Assembly: GCA_001687465.1 (NCBI GenBank)
Contig: LVLI01000344.1
Span: 1-64,000, forward strand
Direction: 5' to 3'
DNA: 64,000 nucleotides
Source of the DNA: Halocafeteria seosinensis
Taxonomy: Eukaryota
Positions within the stretch are counted from its first letter, which is position 1, and each line of letters starts with the position of its first letter. Below the pieces are notes generated by a model. It made no database searches. It was not told where the DNA came from and saw only the letters and a list, made by a program, of their open reading frames with translations. Shown here one piece after another: positions 39,101-50,785 of this stretch. Made by a program: the position numbers and the translations under genes.

Positions 39101-41109
39101 ATCATCGTTTCGGAGTGCGGTATTCGCAAGACTGTGTGCCTGTTGCCCGTTTAGCTTGTCCAACCGTCTCAAACGAAGACTTGGAAAAGGATATCCGAGA
39201 ACGTGTGCAAGTCCTGTCTAACATGATCAACGATGATGAATCGGAAACGAGCATCAGCGGCGACGGTTTCAGTGAGACCCTTCCCGTAGACCTACTTCAG
39301 TCAGAACAATGGAGATTCAGACATGAGATCGCGTTGCCTACGTCTCGCGACGACGAGACAAAGCTGCGGACTGTAAATGATTTCGAATTCGTGGGTCAAC
39401 TTTCTGGAGGCTGCTATGTGGCAATTGACCACGGCCGTCACTTGGATAAACCAAAGCTAGTTTTACTGAAGAAATGGCCCGAGAGAGGATGTGAACAACC
39501 TTCGGAATCCCTAACTGCAATAGCAGATCAGAAATTGTATGGACTTGCCTCTTCGGCGTTTTGCGAACTGAATTATTTCCGTATACTGCACTGTCCTTGG
39601 AGAGACACAAACCCGAAAGAGGAGTTGGTCCAGTCCATTTACGAAGGTATATCGCGCAGCGTATCCTCGCCTTCCAGAGCAAAAGTCAACAGGAATATAA
39701 TCTTACCAGTGGAAATGGTTGTTGGTGAGAGTTTTCTCTCTTCGATGAGCTATGTTGTTGGTGACAATGATTCCATCCCTGTGCAAACGGCCGACCCGCC
39801 ATGTACAGAGTGTGATATTGCTGGTGTACCTGACATTCCTGATGGTAAGCTTCGGGAAGAGAACTTCATGGTAATGGAATACCTTCCTCACAACTTGAAA
39901 GGATTGACGATGGCAGGTGTGAACTTTACTCCGCCTTTCCAGTTAAAGTTTTCTTCTAGCGTCCTAAAAGCAGTACGGGCGCTACACCGGCACGATATTG
40001 TTCACCACCATATTAACTGCAATCACGTGCTTCTCTCGGACACTGGTGAGGTGAGGCTCTACGGGTTGGGTGATGCAAAATCGTTTGATCGGGCTTTCGT
40101 AAAAAATGCTGAGCAAAAGCTGAATAGCAAACCGAGCAAGGTTGATGAAACTGAGATTGTTTCTTTGGCTAATTCGTTTCGCGTAGATCCAACGAAAAAG
40201 GCAGGCTCTGCGCATGTCTGCCGACCGCCTGAGCTACTGATTGGGTGCTCTTTGTACTTGCCAGCTTCCGATATGTGGTCATTGGGCTGCGTACTTGCCG
40301 AGGCATACTTGGGGGAACCATTATTCGATGGTACAGCGACGATCAAAGAACTGGCAACTGACATTGCAAGGTTCTGTGGTAATTGGAGAAAGGCATGGCC
40401 AATGTGCAAACGTCTTACTGATGATGAGATGATCAGTGACGTAGCAGTGGTCACGGATGGTCTCAAGGCTCACTTAATGAAAAAGAACCTTCCCGAACCT
40501 CAAGCCAAGTTACTGAGCCATTTACTGCAGATCAATCCAGTCAAGCGTGTCACGGCGGAATCTGCTTTGCGCATGTCATTTTTCAAGAAGCACTCGCCTC
40601 CTCCTGATGACCGATTAGTGACTTTTTCGGCCAAGTTCCCGTTCGAAGAACTAAGAATAGACCCATCTGCACCAGTGGAAGGTTCGGAATTAGCACAAAT
40701 TCTACCGTTGCGTAGCTACGAAATGCGCCTAAGGGAAAGAAAAGCGCAAGTAGTGCTGGACAAAAGTTTTTGGAGGAACGTCCTTCAACGGATAGGTGCC
40801 CTTGGCTCCTCGCCCTCCGGAGAGAATGCTGGACATCCTGGGAAGAATGGTGAGATCGACAGTATGATGACCGATACAAGTCAAAGCGGGAAAAATCGTG
40901 AGTCGGGCACAACTCCTACGGAGTCAGGCCGCGGAGTCGATTCCCGAGGATCATATCATCATCACTCGAATTCTTACCGAGATTCTTCGAAGGATGAGAT
41001 GTACAGTAGCTCAAGCAGAACCGACGATGGAGACACCAAGCGGCAACTTGAGTACGATGAAGCGGTTAACTCCGACGAAGACAGAAGCAACAACGTAGAC
41101 ATGTCTTAA
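36111..41109 (+). CDS. AWS-SET-postSET (Set2/ASHH-type) histone methyltransferase fused to Tudor-like, cyclin T/K-like and CDK-like pseudokinase domains (~1589 aa)
   Basis: Exons 36111-36467, 36563-36691, 36764-36885 and 36948-41109, all with GT-AG introns. AWS Cys cluster, [30 protein letters not shown] and post-[16 protein letters not shown]. Cyclin-like [33 protein letters not shown]. Kinase-like [25 protein letters not shown] and [13 protein letters not shown]. Confidence 0.88.
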
Positions 41110-41788
41110 AACTCAGAATACACACGCATCATTAAATAATCATTGAGGAGTGGTATAAATGACAGCTTCAGTGCGCATTATACCGGGCATGTCATTCAGC
41201 ATTAAGTTTGTGGTGGCACCGTGCAACGGACACTTTCCATGCGCATTGCGGTGTCATGTGTAACCTCGATTTCCTCCGTTCAAGTACATACTGCTCAGTG
41301 TGCCCTGTAGCCTGTAACGTGCGCTTGGAACTTGATATGATATGTGTCTGACTGTAATTACAGTAGGTTGGTAGGTGAAGCCAACCAGGTTTAGCTCAGG
41401 TCGCACGAGTTCCCTTCAATGCATGCCATATGAACATAACCTGATGTTTCCGGACTTGGGACCAGCCAGTTTTGTCACTCACATTCGCCCCGGGTGAATG
41501 GATGAATCTTGATAGACAAGTTTTGGATTCTTTTCTTACAGGTGTAGATACAGTGAAGTCTCTCGCGTGCTGGTCGCAAGGGGGGGAGGGGAACCGAATC
41601 CAGTCGAGCACCGTTCACACCATTCACGGTCAGAAGACGCGGTGTATACCGCGAGGGCGTGGGATTGGTTGAACAGAGGAACCCAATCAGCCGTGGTTTT
41701 CGTCTGTGTGTCGCTCTGAGTGGAGGGAAAAGGGGGTCCCAATCGTTCCTTGAAGCTGCAACCTACCGTCTATCTGTCTGTAGGGACG

Positions 41789-44700
41789 ATGGGTGCTGTC
41801 TGTACCAAGGATGGTGGGAAGCCTCGAGCACACACCGACTCTTCCAAAAAGGCGTACCATGGGCAAGAGTTCCGTGGAGGAGCGGCGGCGGCTTCTCCTC
41901 CTCAAGACGTCTTGTACAGCCACAGTGGGGATTCGGCCTCCACCCCTAACGGCAGCGGATGGGTACGTGCGCTTCCCACCCATTACTTTTATTTTTTATT
42001 TTTTGTGGCTGTACTATACATGCATACATGAGTGAATCTCTGTATTGTGCTCTCAGAGTCCTTCGGATAGCAAGAGCCCCTCAGCCAGAAAGTCGTCTTT
42101 GGTCCGAAGCCCAGTGCACCAAAAATCCACGCCGGCTGTCCCCGACATGCACTCAGTGGAGAACCTCTTCACGCAAGGCGAAGCTGATGCGGAATTCACG
42201 TATCGAGGAGGACTTAAGGGATTAAAGCTGAAGCCGGAACGTATGTCCACTGTCTTGTTTCCTTTTTTTTATCTTTCGGTTGGTTTACATTGGAGTGGTG
42301 ATACAGAAGTCAAACATCGACAGCTAAAGGATGGCGCTCAGCAAAGTACAGAATCACAAGCCATATCCACCGGGGCAATAGAGCCACTGAACCAAGAAGC
42401 CGAGGATGACAATAGGAGCACCAGTAGTAGCGACAGCGAAGAAAGCGAAAGGTCCCAGCTGGTATGCCTGGATTGGCTAGAAAGTGATAGCGTCGGTGGC
42501 GAGGATTTTACAGAGAGTCCCGAACGAATTTTCTACGAAAACGATGAACATTTTGAGCGAAACGATAGTGTTAAGGGACTTCGCATGACGATTGACGGTG
42601 GGTTCCAACCACAAACTGCCTCAGGTTCCGACAGTGAGGATGAGGACGTGGGGAACTTTCTCGAGGATGATGACGATGACAAGGATTTTGACGATGATTC
42701 AGGAAATGGGGAGTCAGCAGAGAATAAAGAAACTAAGTCTTACAGTGTAGGTCCCTTGCCGTTCGTGTATACTGAAGTGCGGCGTTTGCAGAGACACTCT
42801 TTAATTTGTTTACAGGAATCTAGCAATTCGGATCAAATGTACCAACAGCAGTTCAAAACGTTCGATAAAGAATGGCAGAGTCTCGAAACGCTGAACCTTG
42901 TGTTGGAAAGGTAGGCTTACGGTACACTAGTGTGGACTGTTTTCGTTGGAACGACAGGTACTTTTTTATTTATATTTCTTCTACTACCAGGGCTCACATC
43001 CCTCAGAAGGAGCAAGACAAGTTTTTGAGTGCTTTGCAACGTGAGGAGTTCTCGCCTGGAGAATATATCGTGAGGGAAGGTGAGATGGGAGACAAAGTAA
43101 GTCTATCGCTTGATGTTCGATGCCGTCTGCTTTGGGAACGACGAACTTTCCCGCTCTCCCAGTTTTACATTGTTACTGAAGGCGAAGTTGTAGTCACGAA
43201 AAATGCACCGCAACAAAGAAAGCGCCGAAAGAGTCTTGTAGAGATGATCTCATCCTCATTAAAACGGAAGGAGGTTGTTCCGGAGAAAACCATCACTCGT
43301 CTCTATCAGGTATGTTTAGAAACCGGCGCGGTATCTTCTGCTACTTCAAATCTTGCTTAGTCGGATAATCCACACAGGGACATTTCTTTGGTGAAACATC
43401 GTTAGCAAAGGAAGAACCTCGAAACGCGAACGTCAAAGTTCCGAATAACGGCACTAAAGTGGTCTGCATGAGCATGACGAAAGACGTCTTTAAGCCTTTC
43501 CTTGAACAAGAGACAAATTTCAGAAAGGTATATGCTTCATCATTTTATCCAATGTGACTCGACGGTTTGCCCTGAATGGTACATGTTCATTCGATGCAGA
43601 TGATTGGAGAGCTTATGATGAAGAAAGAAGAAGTGAGAAGTCGCCGGCAGAGTGTTAGCATGAGCAAACTCCAGGATATGGCCAAGAAGCAGACCCAGTT
43701 GACGGAAAATGATGCCAAAATATTGCGCTTGCTACGACGAGTTAGAACAAGTGATGGCCGAGTTGTCATAAACAATTATCTCCTGAATAAGCTCTTAGGC
43801 AAAGGGTCATACGGATCGGTATGGTTGGCGCGACACTTGGGATCCGGGCAACATTGCGCGGTTAAAGTAGTTTCTCGAAACATGCTAAGGAAAAAACAAC
43901 TCAATAAGCGAAGCAATGCTCAGGTCCTGAGAGAGTTCGCTGTGATGAAGAAACTCAGTCATCCCAACTTGGTAAAACTTCACGAAGTCATAGATGATCC
44001 CGAGGGAGACTTATTCTACATGGTACAGGCAAGTAGTCATACACGTTGTGTCCTAATCTTCTCGCTTCTCATTAACATGTTCACAAATGCTATGCTGTCA
44101 ACAGGAATACCTTGAACTCGGACCTATAATGACTGAGCAAGAATATAATCAACCACTCGAGTTATCTGTCGCTAGAAAGTACTTTAGAGATATCCTTAAC
44201 GCTGTGCATTATCTGCATTACCAGGGTGTAGCTCACCGGGATATCAAGCCCTCGAATGTACTCGTCTCCACCACCGGCAGTTGCAAACTGGCGGACTTTG
44301 GAGCGTCTGTCATCACCAAAGACGGGATGGCAGAACTCAATGACGTTAAAGGGACGCCTGCATTCCAACCTCCAGAAGTATTCACCACTGATAGTGGGGC
44401 ACGATACGATTCCATTGCCGTCGATATGTGGGCTGTTGGGGCGACGCTTCACTGCATGGTAGTTGGAATCCCTCCTTATATGGCGAACAATGAGCTCGAG
44501 CTTGTGGAAAAACTGAAAAATGAGCCGTTTCGACTTGCTGCAAACATTCAGCTGGATCCACATTTGAAAAATTTGCTACTGCGCCTACTCACCAAGGATC
44601 CAGAGAAGAGAGCTACCCTTTCCGACGTAATGGAGCATGACTGGGTTACCGATGAAGGCTCTATGCCTTTGGTGTTACCGACGTACAAGTATCTTGATCT

Positions 44701-47700
44701 CGCCAATAACTTGGAGACGATTGAAAAAGATATTGAGAGAAAGCAAAAACACCATGCCCGAAAAGCAGCCCGAAATTCGATATACAGGAGCCCTGACTCT
44801 CCAGGAATTGCTGAAAGGGGATACTCCTTTGGTAGTAGCAATAGCAGCTTTGGAGACTCGTACCATTCCATAGAGTCGAAGCCAAAGGCGGCCGAAGCAG
44901 AATCTCCTCCCAGAAGGAGAGCTAGGTCTGTGAGCGTTGAATCTGAGCCCTCGCCCGAGTACCGCCGAAATCATTTTGATGGTATTCGAGGTTCTCCTCT
45001 GGGACCGCGTGGGCAAGATGGAACATCCGAAAAGAACGATCTGACGGATGTGACCGACTCGGAAAGTCCCTCTCTGCCTCCGCAGGCTCCAACGGGGAAC
45101 CGGGCGAACTCCAGTTGGAATTCTCTAGATCAGTATAACAAATCCCGAGCTCGGTTTCGGTCTGCCGATGACTCTAGTCCCTATGGAGGAACCATCTTGC
45201 CACTTCACGGGGAAAGTACTTCGCACCAAGCAGAGTCGAATGCCCTTCCTTTTAGGCGGAGCGGTTCGAGTGACGCATCCGTCAAACACAATACCTCTCC
45301 TTTTGGGATCCGAATGAATAGCAGGAACAAGTCTCTGCGAGCAACGTCTTCCGCATACCACATGATGCGAGCTTCATCTCGGACCCTGAAAGAACGCTCG
45401 CCAGAGCGTAGCGGGCATGCAATGAAGCCTGTGGACGATGCATCAGCAGCTAAAGCTCACCTGCAGAAACTGAGGTCCCGAGAACAATTCTTTCTGAACA
45501 AGTTGAGTGCTGACAAAGGAACAGATATCTTACAGGAGCAAATACGTTCAACGTCTTATCCCGTAAACACGGAATCAATCATCGAAGAAATACTCTTTGA
45601 TGCCAGTGGCAGTGTCATTGACCCTCTTGAGACACCACATTCGAATTCAGGATCAACTGCTGGCAGTGGTCTTTCAGCTTCGCACTCAAACCTTCGCTCA
45701 TCTGCGGAAAATGGGAGAGGCGATTATAAGAAGTGCAATTCAGACGTACCGATGAAACACGGAGCAAATGAGCAGTCTATTGACGCTGAGCAACCTATTC
45801 ACAATGGATCCGATCTTACAACTCTTGATGTTTCTGCAGAAGAAGCGCATACAGTTGATATTTCAACGAACAGCTTTTCAAATCTGGGAGTGTCATCGGG
45901 GGACAGGCCACTTTCCACTGTGTTAGAAACACCTGCGTCTTCCGGTGGCACAAGTGGGAAAGCTTCGTCTGTATTACCCAGCTCTGACGAAGATGAGCCA
46001 AAGAGCGATCTTAAATTGTATACCTCGTTTTCTGAGCTTGAAAATAAATCATCTCGTGGACAATCTTCATTGACCCGGGCAGACGACTTTATGATGGTGC
46101 CAAAGGCGTCACACGCAGGGGGATCGGCCAAGGTAGTGTATCGAGTAGAAGGTGGAATTATGCGCGCTCATACTCTTCACGATGACCATCAAAAGAGCAA
46201 TTCATCTGAAGGCACTTCGAAGCTGGTCTCCCCAAAGGGCAGGGGATTTAGCGGCCCCGATGATACGATCGAAGAATCTGAGGAGCACCAGCTGGGCAAG
46301 TCCGACGACAACGATAACGATTCGAGTGACTTTAGCACTGCAGACGAAATTGAGACTGTCGACGATATGGAAGGGGATAAAATCAACAAAAACCTGGAAA
46401 CTGTGCTAGACGGACTCGGTAGAGTTCAAGACAAGCAGCTTGCAAACTTGACGAAGGAGGAAGCTCAGAAATGGAAATCTTGCCAAACTGATTTGCATCT
46501 GAATGTTCCCGCCACTGACGAGAAGATCCAATACTTAATTGATGAGGACATTCCACAACACAAATCTGTGGCCACAGCCGGATCGTTGCCGCGTCGAGAT
46601 GCAGGAAGAGACACAAGTGGCGCTACGTCGTACAGTACATCTGGCTCCGTGAATGCTCAACAGAAGGAAGCTCTCCCCCAGGTTGAGCAGCAATGCCAAG
46701 GCATTATGAGGCGAGACGTACGAGGAAAGAATGGGAAATTGGGACTGCTGTATGCCCTTGCAGCCCAGCAGGGCAGTCTTCCGGCTATGGAGGACCGTGC
46801 TGTTGTTATCCCCTCCCTAAATGAAGTTGCATCCCAATTCAGTTCCAATGGCTATCCTCAATGTGCGTATTTCGCAGTATTTGATGGCCACAGTGGAGAC
46901 TTGACGAGCTCTGCATTGGCACATCGTTTACATGAACATATACTAGCTCACAAGGCAATCACTAACCCAGATCCAACTTCGGCTTTAGTAGATGGATGTC
47001 TAGATTGTGACGAGGAGATACTGCAGGCTTCGAACAACGACATTTCCGGATCTACAGCTGTTGTCATATTTATGACAAAGCCCGATAGAGATTCCCCTAC
47101 GTACATTTACTGCGCAAATGTGGGTGATTCGCGTGCTATCCTTTCACGACACGGGACTGTGATAGAGCTTTCTGTTGATCATAAAGCGACTCGGCCTGAT
47201 GAATTAAAGAGAATAGAGAATGCAGGTGGGCACGTTGTGAACGGCAGGGTACAAGGTGTGCTGGCAATCTCAAGAGCATTCGGGGACGGTATGTGTCACA
47301 GCATCGAGCACTTCGTGCTGGTTTTTGACATTACGTTGTTCTTTCTCTTTCTACAGCTGAGTGCAAGAACGGACGTAACGAAGATATACCGACAAACGTT
47401 CTCACTGCCTCACCCGAGGTAATGCATGAAGCGGTCCAGCCGGAGGACGATTTTATTGTGGTATGTAAAGATTTTTTGAGGCGTGCGTTTGCTCTCTCAT
47501 AGGAGTTCCAATTGACGTACAGTTGGCCTCGGATGGTCTATGGGATGTAATGACAAACCAGGAAGTAGTCAATTACGTAAGGAGGCAGCTTTCGGAACAT
47601 GGAGATGTTACAAAGGCAAATGAGCAACTAGTGGAAAAGGCGATTGCCTCTAGTAACCATGATAACGTAACCAGTATCCTCATTGGGTTGAATCAGGGCA

Positions 47701-47714
47701 TGGAGGACTCCTAG
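41789..47714 (+). CDS. Multidomain signalling protein: N-terminal lipidation motif, cNMP-binding domain, CaMKK/SAK1-like Ser/Thr kinase, long disordered linker, PP2C phosphatase; multi-exon
   Basis: Starts MGAVCTK. cNMP: IVREGEMGDKFYIVTEGEV..FFGETSL..PRNANV. Kinase: LGKGSYG, AVK, EVIDDP, HRDIKPSN, DFG and GTPAFQPPE. PP2C: MED, FDGHSG, NVGDSR, DHK, SRAFGD, ASDGLWDV and DN. The kinase C-lobe and most of the PP2C domain share ORF 44087-47422. Confidence 0.88.
44029..44104 (+). other. Probable GC-AG intron in the kinase domain
   Basis: CAG|GCAAGT ... TCAACAG|GAA restores FYMVQEYL. Confidence 0.6.
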
Positions 47715-47730
47715 CGGAGAGATGCTTACT

Positions 47731-49039
47731 TCAATACGCAATTCGGAACACTGAGCTAGTGCTTGATTCGGTGCATATTAACGAGCCGTCCACAGGGCTG
47801 TGCACGTATCGTTGAAGAAACACATGCTCGTACTGAATGTACACAAAATCCAAAACCTCCGAGCAAAACGTACCTAAAGGCTATTCCGGTAATTTCAGGT
47901 CCAGAAATGCTCCATTCTGTCAGTAACGAACCGTCCTCCCCATCCAACAACGAAATTATACCGTTGTTTGAGCATTCTGTACCGAACAACAAGTTTGAGT
48001 AAATTGATATGGAGCTTAAATATGCATCATTAGAGCATAGTACTTACCAGCGAAGTCGAAACGAGCGACGACCAAGTATTTCTTAGATTGATTATATGCA
48101 AGTGCTGCCGGTCCGAGCTTTCCTGAAAACTGGTGGAACACGGAGCAATGAAAAACCCCGCTCGGTCTTTGTACGAGTCGGAGAATCCTATTCGACAATA
48201 GCTCAGCCGCGAAACTGCAAGAAGGAAGCTATGATGCTTAGATCTTCGGTATAATTCATTACTCTTGTATTTCGTATCGCTTACATCTCGTTGTCTGACG
48301 AGCCCACGACCACTGCTGAGGGATGAGCCAGGCATTCATATAGTATCGGTCGTAGTATCTGTTGGGTTGTGATACAATACAGGCTCCCGTTAGGCTGCTG
48401 AAGAGTTGTTTCACCAAATGGCCCACTGTCCGTAAAATACATATTTCCAACCCGATCGTATGAAAGATGGTTTGGACCCCAAAAGGGTTTCCCTTCATAT
48501 TCTGCGTTGCAAGTGAGGCAGACATGAAGTATTGTTCAGGGAAGGGAATATATAGACAAACCTTGTACTATCAACTGCGGGGCATCGTCATCTGTCGCCG
48601 AAGGTCTCGACGACGTTGGGTACTCTCTGTTCGAGCTTTCGCCCGTGGCAGCTCGAGGTTGAGATCCTGGGCCAATCGACAAGATCGACCCGTGGGCAAT
48701 ATCCGCTACTAAGATCTGCTGTGACGATTGTCCTGGAGAGCCGTCTCCGCTGTCTCTCTCGCCTCCTTCAATGAACGATATAGACATAGGCTGTCCTCCT
48801 GTATTGGCCACTTCTTCGAACTGTACATTCCCTTGATCATCTCCCTTCTTCTCTTCTGAGTCTTCCTGTGATCCCGAGCTCAATTTGGCAATGCTTCCTC
48901 GTAGCGAGAAACACACATATAAGTTCCCATGTGCGTCGAACGTCGGAGCCCGAAGTCCCACATTTGGAGGAGCTTGACCAATGGTTTGCATCTGAAACGA
49001 AGACGACGACTTCGTCTTGCGTAGATTTTTGGAACTCAT
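47731..49039 (-). CDS. SMP-30/gluconolactonase/strictosidine synthase-like beta-propeller protein, multi-exon
   Basis: Reconstructed segments EYEGKPFWGPNHLSYDRVGNMYFTDSGPFGET, LAHPSAV, NRILRLVQRPSGVFHCSVFHQFSG and GPEITGIAF. Last exon ends FRIAY* at 47731. Confidence 0.75.
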
Positions 49040-49456
49040 TCAAGTTCTGGATCGTGCGACTGCCGTCCACCACTGGAATTGAACTGCAGGCCACTGTAAA
49101 ATCTGCACTGGGAGTGGATCAAGTACGAAAAATACCGAGGATTGCGTACGACGCTGTATTGAGATCGACATGAAGCTCTAGAAGACAAGCTGCTCGGATA
49201 AAGACTACTTAAGTAACTTAACGGTCTTCAGCACAAGGCACCTTCACAAGGAGGAGTGCGACCTGGAAATTCTGCTGGAATCCTTCCTACGATGTGGAAG
49301 CCTATGCAAACCGTACGTTTTGTAGTGATAGTATTAATCCACTCTGAATGAAAGGTGTGCGTAAAATGGTATAGGAAGTAGGGTGATAATGTGGCGGGTT
49401 GNAACAACGCAGAGTGAGCTTTGAATTGAAAGCCAGAATCTGGAAGCAGCATCACG

Positions 49457-49999
49457 ATGGGAGTTGTAGAGACAATCGAAGGGGACCTAACTGAGCAGGA
49501 TGTGGATTATATTGTTCAACAATGTAATTGCAATTCCAATTCCGCCAAGGGACTATCGAAGGCAATATTTGAAAAGTTTCCTGAGACGAACATCTACTGC
49601 GGATCTCAGAAAGTGAAACGGAGAGAGCCTGGCGAAGTCTACGTTAGACCAACGGGAAAGGGACCCGATGAGCAGGGACCAAAACATGTCGTGAATCTTC
49701 TGGGACAAAATTCCACCGGACGCGCCAAGAAAGCAGAAACAAGAGAAGTGCGCCTTCAGTGGTTCAAACAGGCCTTGCGCAACTTCATGAAGCACACCCA
49801 GCTCGAAGGCCGAGACATTGCATTCCCGAAGAATATTGGCTGCGGATTGGCTGGCGGACGCTGGCGTGACTATCTTGATATTATTGAATGGTTTGCAGAG
49901 CAACTCCGAGAAAGCCGCGTTTTCATTGTTGAACTACCGCCTGTACCGTCGAAGTTAAAACGTAAACAGCGTGATTCCCGGGAAAGAAAACAATCGTGA
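49457..49999 (+). CDS. Macrodomain protein (Poa1p/TARG1-like ADP-ribose-processing family), intronless
   Basis: IEGDL..IVQQCNC..AKGLSKAIFEKFP..IAFPKNIGCGLAGGRW. Confidence 0.85.
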   Translation: MGVVETIEGDLTEQDVDYIVQQCNCNSNSAKGLSKAIFEKFPETNIYCGSQKVKRREPGEVYVRPTGKGPDEQGPKHVVNLLGQNSTGRAKKAETREVRLQWFKQALRNFMKHTQLEGRDIAFPKNIGCGLAGGRWRDYLDIIEWFAEQLRESRVFIVELPPVPSKLKRKQRDSRERKQS

Positions 50000-50785
50000 G
50001 CCATTGTGCGAATGCCACCCCTTTGCTATTGTGCATTCTGAATTGATTGTGGTATATTGACTTCAATTATTGACTTTACTTCCTCAGAGTGCCATGCTGA
50101 CACGTTGGTCAGAATGCACCCCCTAGGTTCAGCCATAGTATGTGTTCTGTGCCATTTGACGCACAATTTTAACAAAGTAGTCATGTCCACTGCTATTCGT
50201 TCACGTTTTTCCTTTATTTCTCGGGTTGTGATATGTTTGAATTCGACAATTCTTTTGCTTCAACTTGAAGACAAGTTGAAGTAGCTTTTCCGCATTGAAG
50301 TTGCAGAAGGCATCCCTCCCTAAAACTTACGCCTTCAGCATGGTTCACTTCCATCCGTGTGTTTAGGTTTTCATTGGCGCTGTTTCTTTCTTGGGAATCA
50401 ATAAAGTTATGACCGAACCTCATCGGTTCGTTTGGTGTTTGCTCCATCGTCTATGCCGAGTGACAAAAAAGTGAAGGAGGTGTGCCGACTTCAAGGTCTC
50501 TTCTCCTTGTATAGAGCATGCTTGTCCTTGTGATTCCCCATTGAGAACCACGCAAACCGAAATTAGCCAACTAAGCGCGCATTTTTCTCCCCTTTGTGCG
50601 TGCAATTAGCGTCCGAATCGACTAGCTGAGCCGGGAAAAGACGGAAGAGTCGTCATTTCGAAGGGATCCTTTACTTTATAACCAATTTGCATCAATCCAC
50701 GTTGGCCGGTTTGGGAGGGTCAATTTCTCACCCCACGAGAGAAGCGATCCGTCGCTTGGAAGATCGTGTTTCATCGCTGTTTACA

